From contig JBLRWI010000004.1 of NCBI GenBank assembly GCA_047921335.1, positions 11,452-75,451 on the forward strand: a DNA stretch of 64,000 bases, in the 5' to 3' direction. The notes below the pieces were generated by a model. The model did no database searches. It was given only the letters and a program-made list of their open reading frames with translations, and was not told the DNA's origin. Shown here in pieces: positions 18,976-28,195 of this stretch; position 1 is the stretch's first letter, and the number at the start of each line of letters is the position of its first letter. The position numbers were made by a program, and so were the translations under genes. This DNA comes from Opitutales bacterium. Lineage in GTDB: Bacteria > Verrucomicrobiota > Verrucomicrobiia > Opitutales > Coraliomargaritaceae.

Positions 18976-20326
18976 GTCAATCGATGCAGACCAAGCTGAG
19001 ATCTTTCAGGAGGAGCCAAAGGGGGAGGCTTCGGCGCGGGTGCGTCCTCTGGCGGTGCGTCTGCGCCCGCGTTGTCTGAGCGAAGTGATTGGGCAGAGTC
19101 ATATCGTTGGTGAGGGTTGCCTCTTGCCCCGCCTCATCCAGGCGGATCACTTTGGGAGTCTTATTTTTTATGGCCCGCCCGGTTGCGGTAAAACCTCCAT
19201 GGCGGAGGTCATTGCCATGGAGACCAAGAGTAAGTTCGTGCGTCTCAATGCCGTGCTTTCGAATGTGGCGGAGTTGCGTGAGATCCTGCGCCTGGCCCGC
19301 TACGAGCCGGAGAAACGCACGATCTTGTTTATCGATGAGATTCACCGTTTTAATAAATCCCAGCAGGACCTCCTCCTGCCCGATGTCGAGGCCGGGAATA
19401 TCCGCTTGATCGGAGCCACCACCCACAACCCCGGCTTTTATGTCAATGCCCCGCTCCTCAGCCGGAGTCATCTCTTTCGTTTGGAGCCGGTGGAGCCTGA
19501 TGCGGTCGCCTCTGTCCTCGAAGCGGCGCTGGGGGATGCCGAGCGAGGACTCGGGCACCACCGCTGCACTGCAGACTCCGCGGTCTTCCGGGCGGTGGCC
19601 GATTTCTCGGGAGGCGACCTTCGGCGGGCGCTCAACGCTCTGGAGACTCTTGTGCTCAGTCAGCCAGTCGGGGCCCATCTCGATGCCGATGCCGTCGAGA
19701 TCTTCGCCCGTGAGCGCCAGATTCGCTATGACCGGGACGAAGATGAGCACTACGACCACGCCTCGGCCATGATCAAGAGCATCCGAGGGTCGGATCCCGA
19801 TGCGGCACTCTACTGGACTTTCAAGATGCTGCAGGGTGGGGAGGATCCGCGTTTTCTGGCCCGTCGGCTGGTGATCCTGGCTTCCGAAGATATCGGGCTG
19901 GCCAACTCGCATGCTCTGACCGTGGCGGTGGCGGCCTTCGAGGCCTGCGAGAAGATCGGGCTGCCCGAGTGCGAGTATAACCTGGCCCATGCCGTGCTCT
20001 ACCTGGCTACCTCGCCGAAGAGTAATTCCACCACCCGTGCCATGGCCGCGGTGAAAAAGGCACTGCGCGATAAGCCGACCCAAGCGGTGCCGATCTGGCT
20101 GCGTGATGCCCACACCAAAACCAATCAGGCTCTCGGGCACGGCAAAGATTATCTCTACAGCCACGATTTCCCGCAGGCGATTTCCGGCCAGGAATATATG
20201 CTCCACCCTGAGCGCTTCTACGAGCCCGGCCAGTCCGGGGCGGAGGGCGCCACGGCGGAGCGACTCAAAAAACTCCGTGAAATTAAAGCCCGTCTCCAAA
20301 GCGAACAGAGCAAAGCCGAGGATTGA
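18974..20326 (+). CDS. rarA: Replication-associated recombination protein A (MgsA/RarA AAA+ ATPase)
   Basis: Trimmed to MSIDADQ at 18974. Walker A GPPGCGKTS, Walker B LFIDEIHRFNKSQQD, and the MgsA C-terminal region (HYDHASAMIKSIRGSDPDAALYW, RRLVILASEDIG). Confidence 0.9.
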   Translation: MSIDADQAEIFQEEPKGEASARVRPLAVRLRPRCLSEVIGQSHIVGEGCLLPRLIQADHFGSLIFYGPPGCGKTSMAEVIAMETKSKFVRLNAVLSNVAELREILRLARYEPEKRTILFIDEIHRFNKSQQDLLLPDVEAGNIRLIGATTHNPGFYVNAPLLSRSHLFRLEPVEPDAVASVLEAALGDAERGLGHHRCTADSAVFRAVADFSGGDLRRALNALETLVLSQPVGAHLDADAVEIFARERQIRYDRDEDEHYDHASAMIKSIRGSDPDAALYWTFKMLQGGEDPRFLARRLVILASEDIGLANSHALTVAVAAFEACEKIGLPECEYNLAHAVLYLATSPKSNSTTRAMAAVKKALRDKPTQAVPIWLRDAHTKTNQALGHGKDYLYSHDFPQAISGQEYMLHPERFYEPGQSGAEGATAERLKKLREIKARLQSEQSKAED

Positions 20327-20376
20327 ACTCTGCCTGATTTCGATTAGCGTGGTGTTTTCGTAAGTCTTAAAAAACG

Positions 20377-20841
20377 ATGGATTTTATCAAACTACTCAAA
20401 ACCTGGTTCCTGCTCGCCCTGGGCGTGGTGATTGCCGCGCATACCGCCAAGGGGATTAGCTACGATACGGGCAATGCGCTCATCGTCGCCGTTCTTTTAC
20501 TCAGCCTCTGTAATGTGGTGCTCAAGCCCTTGCTCATGCTCTTCTCGCTGCCCTTTATCATCCTGACCTTCGGGGTCGGCATCTGGTTGATCAATGCCAT
20601 GCTCTTTCTTTTCGTCGGGTGGTTGGTGGACGGGTTTCGCGTCGATTCCTTCTGGTATGCCCTCTGGGGCGCACTAGTCGTCAGCCTGACGGGCCTCGCC
20701 GCCAATCTCCTCTTCGGTGGACAGCGTGTGCAAATACGAGCCAACGTGCAGACAAACATGGGCCGCCCCGGCCAGCGCTCAGACGGGCCGACCGCAGAGA
20801 AACGCAAGTCGCTTAAAGACGACGATGTGATTGATGTCTAG
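20377..20841 (+). CDS. Phage-holin-4_2 / DUF360 (YvlD-like) small membrane protein
   Basis: Four TM segments and the family-typical GFRVDSFWYALWGALVVS motif. Confidence 0.7.
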   Translation: MDFIKLLKTWFLLALGVVIAAHTAKGISYDTGNALIVAVLLLSLCNVVLKPLLMLFSLPFIILTFGVGIWLINAMLFLFVGWLVDGFRVDSFWYALWGALVVSLTGLAANLLFGGQRVQIRANVQTNMGRPGQRSDGPTAEKRKSLKDDDVIDV

Positions 20842-20989
20842 TGGGAGCTGCCAATAAATATTTACAGAAATTTTTTCCGTAGCGATGGCACGATAGTGCC
20901 GTCTTTACCGCCGTCTCGGCGAAAAGCTTGATTCGCGGCTTTACCTTGCGAGCTGTAAGGCATTTTATTTAACTTTCATTTTTTTAATT

Positions 20990-22387
20990 ATGTCCTCCTC
21001 TACAAAATACGATCTCGTTGTTATCGGTGGCGGCCCTGCGGGCTATGCTGCCGCCATTCGCGCCGGCCAACTCGGTAAAAAAGTGGCCTGCGTCGAGCAG
21101 GAGCGCCCGGGCGGTACCTGCTTGAACTGGGGCTGCATTCCCTCGAAGGCCCTCTTGAAAAGTGCGGAACTCTACAAAAAAATCCAGCATAGCGAGGATT
21201 TCGGGATCAGCGTCAAAGGGCTGGACTACGATTTTTCCAAGATCATCGGTCGCTCCCGTGATGTGGCCGGCACCATGGCCAAGGGCATCGGTTTCCTCTT
21301 TAAAAAGAACAAGGTCGACCACATCATCGGCACCGGCACGATTTCCGTGCCCGGCATGGTCGAAGTCACGGATGGTAAGGACAAGGGTAAGATCCTCGCC
21401 GCCGAGAAGATCCTTATCGCCACCGGCTGCAAGCCGCGTCGCCTCCCCGACCTCGATGTCGACGGCGAGCGAGTCATGACCTCCCGCCAAGCCCTGGAGA
21501 TGAAGAAGCAGCCCAAGTCCATCGTCATCGTCGGCGCGGGGGCGATCGGGGCGGAGTTTGCTTACTTCCTCAATGCCTTTGGCACCAAGGTCACCCTCGT
21601 GGAAATGCTCGACCAGGTCCTGCCGGTCGAGGATCATGAGGCCGCCGCCGTGGTGGAGAAATCCTTTAAGAAAGACGGGATCGACTGCCGCACTTCCACC
21701 GCAGTGGAAAACATCAAGGTCAGCGCCAAGTCCGTGAAAATGGACTTGGTGAAGGACGACAAAAAAGAGTCGATCACGGCCGAGTCCATCCTGCTGGCCA
21801 TCGGCGTCGTTGCCAATACCGAGAACCTTCTCTCCCCACGGGTGAAGCTGAAGCTCGACCGAGGCTACGTTACGGTCGACGACAATTACGAGTCCTCGGT
21901 CAAAGGGATCTATGCCGCCGGCGATATCATCGGCCCGCCCTGGCTCGCCCACGTTGCCACCTTCGAGGCCATCCAAGCGGTCAACGGCATGTTTGGTCAC
22001 GGGAAGCCGCAGCGCGTGACTGACTTCCCCGGTTGCACTTATTGCCTCCCTCAGGTCGCCTCCATCGGCAAGACCGAGAAAAAGCTCAAGGAAGAAGGGA
22101 TCGACTACAAAGTCGGCAAGTTCCCCTTCCAGGCCTCGGGCAAGGCAGTCGCCTCCAATCAGTCCGAAGGTTTCGTTAAGCTGCTGGTCGATCCCAAGTA
22201 TGGCGAAATCCTGGGGGCCCACATCGTGGGTGCCGATGCCACCGAGATGATCGCCGAGTATGGCCTGGGCATGAAGCTCGAAGCCACCGCCGAAGAGATT
22301 CACAATACCATCCATGCTCATCCGACCATGAGCGAAGCCATGATGGAAGCCGCCGCCGCCGTCTTTGGCGAGGCGATTCATATCTAG
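20990..22387 (+). CDS. lpdA: Dihydrolipoyl dehydrogenase (E3)
   Basis: FAD motif VVIGGGPAGY, redox disulfide GGTCLNWGCIPSK, NAD motif IVGAGAIGAEFA, and C-terminal HAHPTMSE. No E1 or E2 genes adjacent. Confidence 0.92.
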   Translation: MSSSTKYDLVVIGGGPAGYAAAIRAGQLGKKVACVEQERPGGTCLNWGCIPSKALLKSAELYKKIQHSEDFGISVKGLDYDFSKIIGRSRDVAGTMAKGIGFLFKKNKVDHIIGTGTISVPGMVEVTDGKDKGKILAAEKILIATGCKPRRLPDLDVDGERVMTSRQALEMKKQPKSIVIVGAGAIGAEFAYFLNAFGTKVTLVEMLDQVLPVEDHEAAAVVEKSFKKDGIDCRTSTAVENIKVSAKSVKMDLVKDDKKESITAESILLAIGVVANTENLLSPRVKLKLDRGYVTVDDNYESSVKGIYAAGDIIGPPWLAHVATFEAIQAVNGMFGHGKPQRVTDFPGCTYCLPQVASIGKTEKKLKEEGIDYKVGKFPFQASGKAVASNQSEGFVKLLVDPKYGEILGAHIVGADATEMIAEYGLGMKLEATAEEIHNTIHAHPTMSEAMMEAAAAVFGEAIHI

Positions 22388-22720
22388 CCCTTGCCGCTGC
22401 ACTAAACGTAGGGGCTCCGCTTGCGGATGCCCGCGAAATTTACGGAAGGTCTCGAATCAAAGTAGCTCTATTTCGTAGCACATGGAATTTCCGTATTTGG
22501 TCGCGACTATTAATTCTCAAGTGATTTGCCGACAGGGCCTTAAAACTCCCCGCCTTCCCAAGGAGGGGACAGAGTAATCGTCGTTAGAGACGATTACTCA
22601 GGGGTGGTTCCGCAGGCGATTCAGGTCGCAGCAACTCTGATGCACCAAGCCACCACAGGACCACCTCTGCTTGTTCGCCTGGACCTTCGACTTGCTCAGG
22701 TCAGGACGGCGCACAAGCTG

Positions 22721-22757
22721 TCTCCTCCTATCCCGTTGGGCAGGAGGAGAGTTTTTT
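22721..22757 (+). terminator. Rho-independent terminator closing the structured lpdA-nfeD spacer
   Basis: TCTCCTCCT-12 nt loop-AGGAGGAGA (9-bp stem) followed by GTTTTTT. Confidence 0.75.
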
Positions 22758-22902
22758 CACACTGGTAACCGGAAGATGTAATATGCAATGGCATTGAGCA
22801 ACCACACTGACGCTTGCCTGGATTTGGTCAAATATTGAAGTTTCCCCATTATTCACCTGAGATTGCTTGCCTTGGAGCGGGGAAGATTCATGTTATACAA
22901 TA

Positions 22903-24342
22903 ATGTCGGTCTATCGGATCACCCTTACCCTCCTGCTTGGTTGCCTCGCATCTCTATCGCTGTCCGGGCAAGAGGAAGCACCAGTTCCCCTGCAGTCGGA
23001 TGAATTGTCCGAAGTGAAGGATAAGATCAACGTCTATGTTATCCCCATCACCGAGGCGATCGGGAAGCCGAACCTCTTCATCCTGCGCCGGGGCCTGAAG
23101 GAGGCGATCGAGAATGATGTCGGTATGGTGCTGCTGGAGATGGATACCCCCGGCGGACGGGTCGATATCACGATTAAAATGATGGAGATGCTGGCGCGCT
23201 TCGAGGGGATTACCGCGACCTATGTCAACGACGAGGCCATCTCGGCGGGCTCTTTCATCACGGCGGCCACCCAGGAGATTTACTTTGCACCCACGGGTAA
23301 GATCGGGGCCTCGGCGGTCATTATGGGCGGCGGTCAGGAGGTCCCGGAAACGGCGAAGCTGAAAATCGAGAGCTACCTGCGAGCTAATATCCGCGCCATC
23401 ACCGAGAGCTACCCCTACCGCTCGGAGGTGATTCGCGCCATGCTCGATGCGGATTACGAGTTGGTCATCGACGAGCAAGTGATCAAACCGGCGGGCGAGC
23501 TGCTCACGCTCACGGCGAGTGAGGCAGTCCGTGAATATGGCGACCCGCCTCAGCCGCTACTGGGCAAAGGCATCTACAAATCGGTCGAGGAACTACTCGA
23601 TGCCCGCTTCGGTCCGGGGAATTACGAGATCAAAGATTTCGAAGTCACTTACTCGGAGCGGGTGGCCAAGTGGATGGATACCTTTGCGCCCGCCTTACTG
23701 GGGATCGGCATGTTGCTGCTTTTCCTGGAGTTCAAGACACCGGGCTTCGGCTTTTTCGGGATTGGCGGTATCGCCTTGATCGCGATCTTCTTTATCAGCC
23801 AGCATATCGCTGGGCTGGCTGGGAACGAGGCGATTCTCTTTTTTGCCCTCGGGGTCATTCTGGTGCTGGTCGAAATCTTTTTCTTCCCCGGCGTGTTCAT
23901 CTTCGCCCTCAGCGGGCTGGCTTTGATTCTCGGCTCTCTACTCTGGGCCATGGTGGACATCTGGCCGGACGAGCCGATTCGGCTCTCGGTGGATTTTCTG
24001 GCCGAGCCGGTGGTCAACCTCGTCTTTGCCATGAGTATCACGCTGGTGGGGGCGATCCTTTTCGGGCGCTTTTTCAAAGGTTCCTGGTTTGAGCGCTTGC
24101 TCGTCTTAGAGAATGCCGCGGGCGGCAGCAGCCAAGCCATCCGGACCGAGCGGGAGTCCACTTTGCCCCGTCCCGGGAGCGAGGGCACCGCAGTTTCGGA
24201 TCTTTTCCCCAGTGGGCGGGTCGAGATCGAGGGGCAACGCTACGAAGCACGCAGTGTGCTCGGCCCGATCGAACATGGCAGCCGCATTCGGGTTAAAGCC
24301 CACAACGATTTCAGTTTGATCGTCGAGGAGGTGGAGCCGTGA
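22903..24342 (+). CDS. NfeD family protein, long form (ClpP-class serine protease domain, TM region, C-terminal NfeD OB-fold)
   Basis: Signal peptide; protease-like part (VLLEMDTPGGRVD, DEAISAGSFI); four or five TM segments; C-terminal GTAVSDLFPSGRVEIEGQRYEARS OB-fold signature. Resembles B. subtilis YqeZ. Confidence 0.85.
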   Translation: MSVYRITLTLLLGCLASLSLSGQEEAPVPLQSDELSEVKDKINVYVIPITEAIGKPNLFILRRGLKEAIENDVGMVLLEMDTPGGRVDITIKMMEMLARFEGITATYVNDEAISAGSFITAATQEIYFAPTGKIGASAVIMGGGQEVPETAKLKIESYLRANIRAITESYPYRSEVIRAMLDADYELVIDEQVIKPAGELLTLTASEAVREYGDPPQPLLGKGIYKSVEELLDARFGPGNYEIKDFEVTYSERVAKWMDTFAPALLGIGMLLLFLEFKTPGFGFFGIGGIALIAIFFISQHIAGLAGNEAILFFALGVILVLVEIFFFPGVFIFALSGLALILGSLLWAMVDIWPDEPIRLSVDFLAEPVVNLVFAMSITLVGAILFGRFFKGSWFERLLVLENAAGGSSQAIRTERESTLPRPGSEGTAVSDLFPSGRVEIEGQRYEARSVLGPIEHGSRIRVKAHNDFSLIVEEVEP

Positions 24343-24803
24343 TCTTGATCCTGGGTTTGATCCTGGCCGCTCTGGTGCTGGTCTTTTTTGAGGTGATTTT
24401 ACCCGGCGGCGTGCTGGGTCTGCTGGCGCTGATCTGCCTGGTCGCTGCGACTTGGGTGGGCTTTGTCGAATATGGGGCCCTCGGCGGGACCGCGACTTTT
24501 TTAGGTGCACTCCTGGCAGTCGGCTTGCTCATCCTCATCGAATTTAAGCTCATGGCGAAGTCCAAGTGGGGCAAAGGCTTCTTCCTCCGCACTTCGGTGG
24601 AGGGGCATTCCAATATCCCTCAGGGCGAAGACAGCATCGTCGGCATGGAGGGCCAGGCAATTACTCGTTTAAATCCGAGCGGAAAGATTGCAATCGACGG
24701 ACGACCCTACGAAGCTTATTCCCAAGATGGCTATATCGACTCCGGAGAAACCGTAGTCGTGACCAAACGCGATAATTTTAAACTCATCATTAAAAAATCA
24801 TGA
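24339..24803 (+). CDS. NfeD family protein, short form (TM plus OB-fold)
   Basis: Three TM segments, then [24 protein letters not shown], the NfeD C-terminal domain. GTGA overlap upstream and ATGA overlap downstream. Confidence 0.8.
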   Translation: MILILGLILAALVLVFFEVILPGGVLGLLALICLVAATWVGFVEYGALGGTATFLGALLAVGLLILIEFKLMAKSKWGKGFFLRTSVEGHSNIPQGEDSIVGMEGQAITRLNPSGKIAIDGRPYEAYSQDGYIDSGETVVVTKRDNFKLIIKKS

Positions 24804-25873
24804 CCTCAAGCACACTCCCACTCGCCCTGGCCCAATGGCCACTTACTTCTGCCGAATGGCCACTGGCACTTGTCGGCTGGCAACTCGGTGCGGCCGCCAT
24901 TCTCGGCCTCATTCTGCTGATTGTCGGCTTTATCATTATCTCCTTTTTCAGTATCTGGTTGCGCGCCTTGCTCTCCGGTGCGCCGGTCGGTTTCCCGACG
25001 CTCATCGCCATGCGCCTGCGGGGAGTGCCATCTTCTTTGGTCGTGGATGCCCGAATTACTGCGGTGAAGGCCGGTATCGAAATCAGCGCTAACGATCTCG
25101 AAGCACACTATCTCGCCGAGGGCAATGTGATTCAGACGGTCCAAGCGCTCATCGCTGCAGATAAGGCAAATATCACACTCGACTGGCAGCGCGCCTGTGC
25201 CATCGACCTCGCGACTAAGGGCACCGGCAAGTCGGTGCTCGAAGCGGTCCGCACCTCGATCAATCCGAAAGTCATCAATTGCCCCGACCCTGCCGGGGGG
25301 CGCAACACCATCGACGGTGTGGCCAAGGACGGAATCCAGGTCAAGGCCCGCGCTAGGGTTACAGTTCGCTCCAATCTCGACAACTACGTGGGCAGTGCCC
25401 TGGAAGAAACCATCATCGCCCGGGTGGGTGAGGGCATTGTCACGACCATCGGTTCGGCCGACACTTATAAGGACGTGCTGGAGTCGCCCGACAAGATTTC
25501 CAAGGTTGTGCTTCAACGTGGCCTCGATGTGGGCACCGCTTTCGAGATTCTTTCCATCGATATCGCCGACGTGGATGTGGGCGAAAATATCGGTGCCCAG
25601 TTACAGGAATCCCAGGCCGAGGCCGACAAGAACGTGGCCCAGGCCAAGGCTGAAATGCGCCGTGCCGCCGCGGTCGCCCTGGAGCAGGAAATGAAGGCCC
25701 GCGTCGAAGAGATGCAGGCCAAGGTCGTCGAGGCTGAAGCAGAAGTCCCGCTGGCGATTGCCGAGGCCTTCCGCTCCGGTAATCTCGGTGTCATGGATTA
25801 TTACCGCATGAACAACATCAAGTCCGATACCGACATGCGCGACTCCATCTCCAAGGGCGATGAGAAGAAATAA
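24800..25873 (+). CDS. floA: Flotillin-like protein FloA (SPFH, UPF0365)
   Basis: Near-collinear with my recollection of B. subtilis FloA/YqfA: [82 protein letters not shown]. Confidence 0.9.
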   Translation: MTSSTLPLALAQWPLTSAEWPLALVGWQLGAAAILGLILLIVGFIIISFFSIWLRALLSGAPVGFPTLIAMRLRGVPSSLVVDARITAVKAGIEISANDLEAHYLAEGNVIQTVQALIAADKANITLDWQRACAIDLATKGTGKSVLEAVRTSINPKVINCPDPAGGRNTIDGVAKDGIQVKARARVTVRSNLDNYVGSALEETIIARVGEGIVTTIGSADTYKDVLESPDKISKVVLQRGLDVGTAFEILSIDIADVDVGENIGAQLQESQAEADKNVAQAKAEMRRAAAVALEQEMKARVEEMQAKVVEAEAEVPLAIAEAFRSGNLGVMDYYRMNNIKSDTDMRDSISKGDEKK

Positions 25874-25900
25874 TCACTAACGGATGGCGAATTAATGATG

Positions 25901-25941
25901 GATGATGAATGATGGAAAATAATCCCCCATCATTCATCATC
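25901..25941 (+). other. Perfect 15-bp stem hairpin between floA and the next gene
   Basis: GATGATGAATGATGG-aaaataatccc-CCATCATTCATCATC. No U-tract follows. Confidence 0.7.
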
Positions 25942-25963
25942 CCTTCGTCATCAATTGACCGAA

Positions 25964-26632
25964 ATGGACAACATATTCGAAATTCTGATCCCCCTGCTCA
26001 TTGCTGCAGTTTACTTCTTCGGCAACGCGTTTTCCGGGAAGTCGAAGGAGGATGAAGGTGGTCCGCCTTTGCGGCCGCGCGAGCGTGATGCGGAGGACGA
26101 AGCGGATCCCGAGGCACTCGAACGTCAGCGGCGCATTCAGGAAGAAATCCGACGCAAGATTATGGAGCGCCGCCAGGCAACTGGCGGTGAGCCGCCTCAG
26201 TTCGCACCCGCCGAATCGGCCACCCAGGAAGGTCGCCGCGATCAGGCAATGCCACATCGATCAGAGCCTCGAGTAGCGGATCAGGCCCGCCAATCCCGTA
26301 GAGAACCACCACCGATGCGCGAGCAAAAGCCGGGGGCATTTTCCTGGGACGTCTCCGACGATGCCTACGATTCCAAAATGCAGGCCCAACTCAAACGCAT
26401 TGAGGCCACGAAGCGACAGGCGGAGAAACTGCAAAAGCAGGCGAGGGCAGGTCGTGAAAAAAGCAAGGCCATCGAGAAGCCGAAGCGTCGGAGTGGGGGC
26501 TATTTGACCGGGACCGTGCGGGAAAGCCTACAGGATCCACACGCCGCGCGCGTGGCCTTCATTTATGGAGAAGTGCTGGGGCCACCCATCAGCTTACGGA
26601 AGGGCAACAGCTCGGTGCCTGGGCTCAGTTGA
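25964..26632 (+). CDS. Hypothetical single-pass membrane protein with a highly charged Arg/Glu-rich region
   Basis: N-terminal TM (IFEILIPLLIAAVYFF), a long low-complexity charged segment, and an ordered-looking C-terminal patch ARVAFIYGEVLGPPISLR. No family recognised. Confidence 0.55.
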   Translation: MDNIFEILIPLLIAAVYFFGNAFSGKSKEDEGGPPLRPRERDAEDEADPEALERQRRIQEEIRRKIMERRQATGGEPPQFAPAESATQEGRRDQAMPHRSEPRVADQARQSRREPPPMREQKPGAFSWDVSDDAYDSKMQAQLKRIEATKRQAEKLQKQARAGREKSKAIEKPKRRSGGYLTGTVRESLQDPHAARVAFIYGEVLGPPISLRKGNSSVPGLS

Positions 26633-26722
26633 GCGATATAGTGCGCTCAGAATTTATTGTAAGTTTCTTGCGTGAAGACCGTTCATGTATGTGTGAATAC
26701 GCTAGAACTACCCGCACCGCCA

Positions 26723-27247
26723 ATGCCTGAAACGTCCACAGCTGAAGAATACTTCGATATTGTGGACAGGCAGGACTGTGTCATCGGCTCGGAGCCCCGC
26801 TCGCGCGTCCATCGCGAGGGCTTGCTGCACCGAGCCGTCCACATCTTTGTCTTTAATACCAAAGGCGAACTCTATCTCCAGCGCCGCTCTATGAGCAAAG
26901 ATACGGCACCCGGCAAGTGGGTCAGTTCCTGCTCCGGCCACGTGGACAGTGGCGAGGACTACGATACCGCCGCCCGTCGTGAACTGGGCGAAGAGATTGG
27001 TCTCTACCATCCACTGGGGATGGAACGAGTCTTCAAAGAGTCCGCCTGCCGACCCACTGGCAACGAGTTCGTCTGGCTCTATCGCTGCCATTCGGAAGGT
27101 CCCTTCGAACTCGACCCCGTTGAGGTCAGCGAGGGCCAATGGATCGGCATCGAGGCCCTCAACCGCTGGATCGAAGAGCGACCCCGCGACTTTGCCTGGT
27201 CTTTCACCCATCTATGGGCGAAATACCAGCAGCGTGGCTGTGAATAA
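26723..27247 (+). CDS. NUDIX hydrolase
   Basis: Nudix box [22 protein letters not shown] (GX5EX7REUXEEXGU pattern). Trimmed to the ATG at 26723. Confidence 0.8.
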   Translation: MPETSTAEEYFDIVDRQDCVIGSEPRSRVHREGLLHRAVHIFVFNTKGELYLQRRSMSKDTAPGKWVSSCSGHVDSGEDYDTAARRELGEEIGLYHPLGMERVFKESACRPTGNEFVWLYRCHSEGPFELDPVEVSEGQWIGIEALNRWIEERPRDFAWSFTHLWAKYQQRGCE

Positions 27248-27557
27248 AGCTGTTTGATCTCACGTTGCTTTATTCTGCTCATTCATCGCTAGCGAAATTC
27301 GCCTTTGATCAGCTTCGTCCGCAAATAAGCCCTCGGAGGCTTGACTGACGCTCGGCGGCACGGCGACGAGCGCCGGCCCTACGATAGACGGGCCGTAGGG
27401 TCGGTGCTCGTAGGGCTCGCGCTTGCGCGACTGCCGCGTTGCGCTTGCCCATGTTTCGTAACGTCGCGCCTCCAAAGAGAGCCCGAAGTATAATTTTATA
27501 GCCTGGATATAAATATTAAGCTAGACCTTGTCGCTATGGATGGCACAATGATCCATT

Positions 27558-28062
27558 ATGAAGCGGATGAAACTGGAAGGAGTGTCAGCAACCTATCATG
27601 CGATGAGTCGTGTGGTGGGGGGTGCGCGTTTGCCCGGTTGGAGAAGTCGCTGCGGGAGGGGGATGAAAGCGCAGGGCCGGAATCGGACGGATTTGGGTGA
27701 CCCGTGCCGGAGGGGAGCCACGGTCGGTGCATTCGGTGGACTCTGCGCTGCAACTGCACCGTGAACTGATCTTCGGGAAGCGGGCGTCTGAGTCGGGGTT
27801 GCCGGAGATCAGCCGCCAGAGGGCGCTTCAGGTGTTGGAGCGGGAAGATGCGCTTTTGCCGAAATCAGTGGTGATGCGTTGCCGGGTGCGCTATTTCACG
27901 GATGGGGTAATTCTGGGTAGTCAGGAGTTTGTTCGCGGTTTGGCTGGGAGCTGGCAGCGGGAACAGAGGCGGAAATGCCCGGCTAAGGTAAGATTGTTAC
28001 ATGGGTCTGAATGGCAAAATTTGGCAATTATCCGCAGGCTCAGAGGCCAGATTTTCGGATAG
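27558..28062 (+). pseudogene. Deletion remnant of a Y1/IS200-like (RAYT-type) transposase
   Basis: Frame 1 starts MKRMKLEGVSATYHAMSRVVGG (family N-terminus). A different frame gives the family C-terminus (LPKSVVMRCRVRYFTDGVILGSQEFV ... RRLRGQIF). The roughly 200-aa HUH/Tyr catalytic core is absent (505 nt vs about 1 kb expected). Family assignment is from memory. Confidence 0.45.
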
Positions 28063-28195
28063 TGCCAGACTGAGAGGACAGGAGTCAGCGCAGAATTATT
28101 CTGAATAGACGGCACTATCGTGCTATCGCTTCAGTATCTATTCGTAAAATAACTTATTTGGTGCGTGTGAGGCATGTGCGTGAACCACTGCCTGA

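Noticed and set aside
18977-20299. 440-aa ORF antisense to rarA
   Set aside because: Shadow ORF. The plus strand encodes canonical MgsA/RarA Walker and C-terminal motifs.
20984-22402. 472-aa ORF covering the entire antisense strand of lpdA
   Set aside because: The plus-strand product has every LpdA motif (the CLNWGCIPSK disulfide, FAD/NAD folds, HAHPT). The antisense translation is Gly/Asp/Leu-rich with no recognisable motif. It is a typical GC-rich shadow ORF.
22560-22760. SRP (4.5S), RNase P or 6S RNA identity for the structured spacer (CAGGTCAGGAC resembles part of SRP helix 8)
   Set aside because: It lacks the SRP GGAA tetraloop and AGCAGCC symmetric-loop motif, and lacks the RNase P GAGGAAAGTCCGGGC core. 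I cannot assign a 6S RNA without covariance analysis. Kept only as an unclassified candidate RNA or 3' UTR.
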